Shown piece after piece: positions 58,323 to 64,000 of a stretch of DNA of 64,000 bases (position 1 is its first letter; the number at the start of each line of letters is the position of its first letter). The translations under genes and the position numbers were made by a program. A model generated the notes under the pieces. It was not told the DNA's origin, made no database searches, and saw only the letters and a list, made by a program, of their open reading frames with translations. The DNA comes from Macrostomum lignano (lineage: Eukaryota): the NCBI GenBank assembly GCA_002269645.1, contig NIVC01000180.1, positions 186,001-250,000 on the forward strand, written 5' to 3'.

Positions 58323-59130
58323 ATCCGCAGCTGTTGAGCCAGCCTCCCAGATCCTCAGTTGCTGGGCCAGCCTCCCAGATCCTCAGTTACTGGGCCAGCC
58401 TCCCAGATCCTCAGTTGCTGGGCCAGCCTCCCAGATCCTCAGTTGCTGGGCCAGCCTCCCAGATCCTCAGTTACTGGGCCAGCCTCCCAGATCCTCAGTT
58501 GCTGGGCCAGCCTCCCAGATCCTCAGTTACTGGGCCAGCCTCCCAGATCCTCAGTTGCTGGGCCAGCCTCCCAGATCCTCAGTTACTGGGCCAGCCTCCC
58601 AGATCCTCAGTTACTGGGCCAGCCTCCCAGATCCTCAGTTGCTGGGCCAGCCTCCCAGATCCTCAGTTGCTGGGCCAGCCTCCCAGATCCTCAGTTGCTA
58701 GGCCAGCCTCCCAGATCCTCAGTTGCTGGGCCAGCCAGCATCCCAGATCCTCAGTTGCTGGGCCAGCCTCCCAGATCCTCAGTTGCTGGGCCAGACTCCC
58801 AGAGTGTCAGTTGCTAATCCAGCCTCCCGGATCCTCAGTTGCTGGGCCAGCCTCCCGGATCCTCAGTTGCTGGGCCAGACTCCCAGAGTGTCAGTTGCTA
58901 ATCCAGCCTCCCGGATCCTCAGTTGCTGGGCCAGCCTCCCGGATCCTCAGTTGCTGGGCCAGCCTCCCGGATCCACAGTTGCTGGGCCAGCCTCCCAGAT
59001 CCTCAGTTGCTGGGCCAGCCTCCCTGATCCTCAGGTGCTGGGCCAGCATCCCAGATCCTCAGTTGCTGGGCCAGCATCCCAGATCCTCAGTTGCTGGGCC
59101 AGCATCCCAGATCCTCAGTTGCTGGGGCAG
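58323..59130. repeat. 28-bp minisatellite (GGGCCAGCCTCCCAGATCCTCAGTTGCT) 3' of LCMT2
   Basis: Period of 28 at 58364 and 58392. Confidence 0.94.
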
Positions 59131-59599
59131 CCTCTCACAGCCTGAATTTTCCTCAATATTTTTGTTTTGTCTTTCCTATCAGCTCACTGCATTGGTGTTG
59201 GTTTGTATTTACTCTTTCAATTTAGTTGTTAACAGAAAAATTGATAAAGTTTATTGCAATTCTGACTTTATTTGATTTTATGTGGGGAAAGTCTGAGCAT
59301 GGCTAGAGACCTGTTGCAGTTTTGCTAGTTCAACTGTGCCTGATGATTTTTCGTGTGGTTTCCAGTCAGTGACAATGCAATGAAATGTGGCTTCTGCCTT
59401 CTATTTGATCAATCATGAAAAATATATCACAATTGTGTCAGGCCGTCTGCTTTCTGTTAGACTGGGTTGTCTATTGTCTGTTTTGGATTCAAATATTCAC
59501 CTCACTGAGGTCTGAAATTGCTTCTCATAGCTCTTTTTATATGTTGCATTAATGTGCTACATAGTTTCCCAACTGCCAGGTAATTTAAGAGCATTTCTA

Positions 59600-59825
59600 G
59601 ATCCTCAGGTAGATCGGGCAGCTACCCTGCCAGATCCTCAGGTAGATTATGCGGCTACTACCCTCCCAGATCCCAGGTAGATTATGCGGCTACTACCCTC
59701 CCAGATCCCAGGTAGATTATGCGGCTACTACCCTCCCAGATCCCAGGTAGATTATGCGGCCACTACCCTCCCAGATCCCAGGTAGATTATGTGGCCAGTA
59801 CCCTCCCAGATCCCAGGTAGATTAG
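59600..59825. repeat. 35-bp minisatellite (CCCTCCCAGATCCCAGGTAGATTATGCGGCTACTA), ~5-6 copies
   Basis: Period of 35 at 59661 and 59696. Confidence 0.9.
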
Positions 59826-60778
59826 GTTGCAACTCTCAGATCCTCAGTAGATAAGTCGGCAACTCCCAGATCTTCAGTTGGATTGGGCTGCCAATCTCCC
59901 AGATTCTCAGGTAGACTCAATCGGTCATTGTACATGCAGATCCAACAAAGTGCATCTCCCACCAATTATTTGCGGTACTGATTCAGACGCTTGTCTATGG
60001 CCAATCAACCCAAAGTTTTTCATTGGTTTAGTTGGAATTCAATGAATTTGGAATCCTATTTTTGCAAATCCGAAATCAAGTTAATCTCATCAGCCAATTA
60101 CTCGAACAATTGGAACAATTTCAAAACAGTATGACCGCCGGGTATCATAGCAAATGTTACCGCAATCATTTTCAGGTAAGCCCAAGCTCTTAGTTGCAGG
60201 TAGGGTTTGTTGGCACAAAATATGGCAATTCTGCGCGTGGCAGAACGCACCAGTGTGCCATACAGATCGCCTCGCCCTGACTCTGGTTAATGTACCAGGG
60301 TTAGGGTTGGGGCATGCCGGAGATTGCATTGGCTGTGTACAGCTTGTACATGTGCGAAGGCTGTGGGGACCTCACCTTTGTAGCTCAGCTTCATCTGCCA
60401 CTCGCTTCTTTGAGGGTCTTCACTTGGCTCAGAGGTCCAAGTTGTGCCGAATTTATGACATTGGGAGCCAATTTAGCATTGCTACTGTACTTAGCGATCT
60501 CCGTTCTCCCATCGGGACTCAATCTGCTTTTGAAGACTCCCCAGGAGGAGATCCGCGAGCTTATCATTGTGATCTCTTTGGCGTGAGTTCTCCAATAAAT
60601 TTATATTACATTTTTGATCGCGAGGGCAAAGCCACGAAGATTGGTAAACATTGGTAAGTCATTGCTGTGATGGTCTGGCGCAAACGATCGTTAGGCGCCA
60701 TTGCGCCAGCTGCACATAAAGAACGCCAGACAGCACCTGCTCCGTTTTTGTCGGAGATGGTGGTGAATTATAAACAAA

Positions 60779-61084
60779 ATGCTCAATGCGAATCTGCAGG
60801 TGACCTACTCGCCAGTCTGCCTGACCATCACCGTCAGCTCGGACTATCGCGAGCGCGGCAAGGAGCTGTTCTACCGCATCCTGGCCGACTTCGCCGACTT
60901 GCACCCGGTGTGGGTCCGCGTGCAGCTGGAGTCGGCCGCCGAGCCGCGCCTCTTCGAGGTGTCCATCCGCGGCTACGACGTCACTTTCGAGGCTAACGAC
61001 AAGGGCATCATCGACCAGACGGCGCTGTACCGCAAGCTGCGCGAGATCTGCAAATCTTTTTGCCCAATCATCAGTCTGGTGTGA
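60779..61084 (+). CDS. Small Rdx-family (selenoprotein W-like) thioredoxin-fold protein, 101 aa, with no Sec codon
   Basis: By-eye match to SelW: LQVTYSPVC ~ VRVVYCGAU; FEVSIRG ~ FEVTVAG; GIIDQTALYRKL ~ GYVDTESKFRKL. AAAATG start context; AATAAA at 61142. Confidence 0.62.
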   Translation: MLNANLQVTYSPVCLTITVSSDYRERGKELFYRILADFADLHPVWVRVQLESAAEPRLFEVSIRGYDVTFEANDKGIIDQTALYRKLREICKSFCPIISLV

Positions 61085-61141
61085 GCCGGGCGTGCTGAAC
61101 CTGCAGACTGGAAATTGATTGCCTTGTAACTGCCTGTTTTT

Positions 61142-61147
61142 AATAAA
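61142..61147 (+). terminator. Polyadenylation signal AATAAA of the SelW-like gene
   Basis: About 58 nt after the stop codon. Confidence 0.6.
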
Positions 61148-61454
61148 ACTGCTTGTTGTTCTTTATCCTTCGCTAGAAGCTGTGCTTACTTCACTTGCTT
61201 TACTGACTTCTTGAACTCCCAGCTGTGCATTAAATGGTTTGCGGCTTTGATAGAATTAAAATACCTGGTTTGATTCCGTGCGCATCCACATTCATTTTTG
61301 GCTTATCGATAAATGCACTGGCGACACGAAAAGTACACGTTCCTCGCCGACTCCCAGCTCGTTTCTAAGGAAATTGAATGCAGCGTCCTTGTGCTTCAGC
61401 TGTCCATGGGCACGGAGTACAAAATGCCTCACTTTTAAACACAGCTCAACCCAA

Positions 61455-62050
61455 CGGAGACGCCATCGCCGTGTGCGAGGACTTCTGGTACCTCGGGTCG
61501 CTTGCAACGAGTCCGGACTAGATCGTCTCCGACAGGAGGAATCAGGCGTGGCGCGCGGCGCACCTGCTCTGGAACACCTTCAACTCTACTGCTTGGGACG
61601 GCCTGAAGGTGCGCCTCTTCCGTGTGGCCGTTGAGCCGATCCTCCTGTACGGCATGGAAGCGGTGCCGATGACCGACACACGAGAGCGAGCCCTGGACGC
61701 GCTTTACAGGTCCCTGTTGCGCTACGCCCTGGGTGTGCACTATCCCGAGCAGTTGCCGTCCAGAGACCTGATGGCCCGCGCCGGCGTTCCAGACCTGAGC
61801 GTTATCCTGCGCCGGCGCCGCCAGATGCTTCTGGGCCACTGCCTACGGAGTCACGGCCGCGGCGACCAAGTCCCGTTGGCGCTGGTCCTCCTGCACCAGT
61901 CGACGGAGCGGAAGCGCCGTGGCCAAGGGCGAACTGTGACGCTGACTGACTGTTTTGTGGCTGACTTGCAGACGCTGGGTCTCAGCCCCCCCCCCCAGAC
62001 CGCTGCTGCCTGCCCCTCCCGCCTGTTTCGCGAGTGCGTGTGCATAAAAT
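61455..62050 (+). mobile_element. 5'-truncated, degraded non-LTR retrotransposon (RTE-like RT C-terminal/thumb region)
   Basis: FWYLGS, then after an in-frame TAG at ~61519: LKVRLFRVAVEPILLYGMEAVP, RSLLRYALG, LLGHCLR. These are typical LINE post-RT motifs. Confidence 0.8.
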
Positions 62051-62808
62051 CCCTCTAGTTTTTGCGTTTCTCTATCCACGAGCTATCTATGAGTGCGTGC
62101 CTGCGTACAGCATCCGCATGATGGGCAGAATTGCGTCACCGCTGGTTGTCGCAGAAGGCGTTGCGCCCGCAACCCTTCTGGTAATATTAGATATTATAAT
62201 TTATTGGGGAGAACCAGGGGTGTTGATGTATCATGTGGTCTGAACTAAAACTACAAACTCCCAATGTTATTTATTCAACTTCTAAACTGCCTGTCCTGGT
62301 CCTTGGACCAAGTGCAAGTTTTTACAGTGTGATTTCTTTTACTTAGTAGACACCCAACTAATATGGGCGAACATTGAAAGTCTAAAGAAGCACCACTAAA
62401 AAGGCAAATTTCTTATTACCACATTACATCAGCCTATCAAAGGGGCTTATTTATAAAGGGGACACTACTAGCTAATGTCACAGACATCAACCTTCAAGAT
62501 GGTCTAAGAGCAAAAAGTGTTGGAGCTTCTCGACTAAAAGACCGGCTTGAATGAGCAGTTCAGGGACAATTAAAAGTGTTTCAGAGTGTTCTAGTTGTCC
62601 CTGGAGCAGTTTCTGCAACCGCCAGCGTGAAGACGTCCGTCTATGGTAAAATTCCGTCGCATTTTATAATTAACTCTTGGTAAACAAGCGCTCTCTTTAG
62701 TTCTCTAGTTCCTCCCGGCAAATCTTAGCTCAGGAGGCAACTCACTCAGAGGTGGGGAATTGAGGAAATCCACAAAGCAACGCCTCATCAACAACTCCAC
62801 GTCCGAAG

Positions 62809-64000
62809 ATGCACGCCATCGGAAAGCTGCAGAAGCCGAAAGTTTACCGCCTCCAGGTTGATGGCTTCGGAGCCTCATCGGGTGAATACACCTACAGCTC
62901 CATCAGGCCGTACTTCCCCGCCAACCACCCCAACACCATGTGGATCATCAACAGGGTCCGGGCGGACGACCCAACGCCTCTGGTGAACATTCTAAAGGCC
63001 AGGAAACGCATGAACATTTTCTTTAAGTACATGTACTTTCAAATCCTGGACAGGCCATCGCTTTACAATCCGAAAGCGCCGATGGACAAGCCGATGTTTA
63101 GCGAAAAGGCCTACCTGTTTCTCAACATATTCGCTGTGGCGCTGTACTTCAAGTGCGAGTCCATCGCGCAGGTGCTGGCGCCGATCCGGGTCGGCAAGCT
63201 GGACAATCAGTTCAGTTACGAGGCTCTGAGCGAAGTCTCCATCCCGCAGTACGCCAGCTACGTGCACGACCACTCATTCGGCGACCTGATGACCTTCAGC
63301 ATCCCCGTGGTGATGATGCGCAGGGAGGCCTACTTTGCCATTCCATTGCTGTTTAAGTTCGGCTCCTGGGCGCCCCGCAACCAGTTCACAATATCTTACT
63401 ACCGCAGACACTACAACTGCACTAAAAAGTTCAACGACTGGCTTGAGTACGCCTGGCAGCTGCTCACCGAGCGGCCCTACACCAAGATCTCTATGATGGT
63501 GTACATGCTCAACAAATCTGCGCATCAGAATTTCTACCTCGGGGACAAGGTGTTCTTCCAGCCCATTAACTGTCGCTATTACAACGCGCCCTGGGTGTCG
63601 CCGTCGCAGGACGAGCGGGCGATGATCGTGTTCAGGTCCTACCCGAGGCGCCTGCTCTGCAAGCTGTTTCTGTGCAAGGACCCGCTACGAATCCTGCCCC
63701 AGGTGGTGCCCTTCGTGCGCATGTTCCAATCTAATCGCTACTTTGTCGCTCAGACCACCCGAGCCATGAACCCGGAGTTCCGCGCCGTCATTCACAGCAG
63801 TCTGGAGGAGCGCTTTCTCAACATCTCGCCAATCTGCAACTCGAACGAGCTGAACTCTTCTGACTATGTGGAGCAGAACTCGCACAAGACTTCCATCTAC
63901 GATTATGACAACATCATCGCCTTGCTCTTGTACTTTCTCGTGAAAGCCACCGATAGAAATGTCCAGTCCCTGCAGCACAGCATTGTCCAGCTTGTCATGG
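62809..64000 (+). CDS. Uncharacterised protein, at least 397 aa, open to the window end (missing from the ORF track)
   Basis: ATG at 62809 after an in-frame TGA at 62761; no stop through 64000 (MHAIGKLQKPKVYRLQVDGF...SLQHSIVQLVM). Strong C/G third-position bias like the other genes here. Confidence 0.8.
   Translation, partial: MHAIGKLQKPKVYRLQVDGFGASSGEYTYSSIRPYFPANHPNTMWIINRVRADDPTPLVNILKARKRMNIFFKYMYFQILDRPSLYNPKAPMDKPMFSEKAYLFLNIFAVALYFKCESIAQVLAPIRVGKLDNQFSYEALSEVSIPQYASYVHDHSFGDLMTFSIPVVMMRREAYFAIPLLFKFGSWAPRNQFTISYYRRHYNCTKKFNDWLEYAWQLLTERPYTKISMMVYMLNKSAHQNFYLGDKVFFQPINCRYYNAPWVSPSQDERAMIVFRSYPRRLLCKLFLCKDPLRILPQVVPFVRMFQSNRYFVAQTTRAMNPEFRAVIHSSLEERFLNISPICNSNELNSSDYVEQNSHKTSIYDYDNIIALLLYFLVKATDRNVQSLQHSIVQLVM

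Noticed and set aside
24348-59275. Repeat-derived ORFs (for example 24348-25289, 26494-27266, 28237-29114, 31661-34234, 48183-48867, 53539-55762, 58285-59275)
   Set aside because: They are translations of tandem arrays that happen to lack stops; periodic peptides with no independent coding evidence.
60090-60657. ORFs upstream of the SelW-like gene
   Set aside because: Overlapping short ORFs with no motif or codon bias comparable to real exons here.

Overview
Eukaryotic (animal) genomic DNA with spliceosomal GT-AG introns, GC-rich exons and a very high density of mini- and microsatellites. The gene content and repeat style suggest a free-living flatworm such as Macrostomum (inference only). 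The supplied ORF track ignores introns, so I rebuilt the gene models by hand from splice sites and reading phase. Genes in order: 3' end of an otoferlin-like ferlin (+) with two alternative terminal transmembrane exons; an ankyrin-repeat gene (-); a 10-exon Ig-Ig-peroxidase (peroxidasin-like) gene (+); a 2-exon nicotinic-type Cys-loop receptor with an anion-type Pro-Ala filter (+); an orphan Cys-rich Ig-like single-pass membrane gene (-); UBE2Z-like E2 (-); an intronless 1072-aa ZnF/RS/multi-RRM-like protein with a duplicated ~340-aa module (+); an OCIA-domain gene (+); ADSL (+); LCMT2/TYW4 (+, 10 exons); a SelW-like Rdx protein with SxxC (+); and an orphan ORF of at least 397 codons running off the right edge (+, absent from the ORF track). 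Mobile DNA: an internally deleted Tc1/mariner element, a hAT MITE with an 8-bp TSD, a tRNA-derived CORE/Meta-like SINE and a LINE RT fragment. About 18 tandem arrays are present, including a 2.6-kb 35-mer satellite with a 679-bp higher-order repeat. There is no CRISPR or prokaryotic system. The best candidates for something undescribed are the 1072-aa modular RNA-binding-like protein, the dual TM exons of the ferlin, the orphan ORF at the right edge and the SxxC SelW-like protein.
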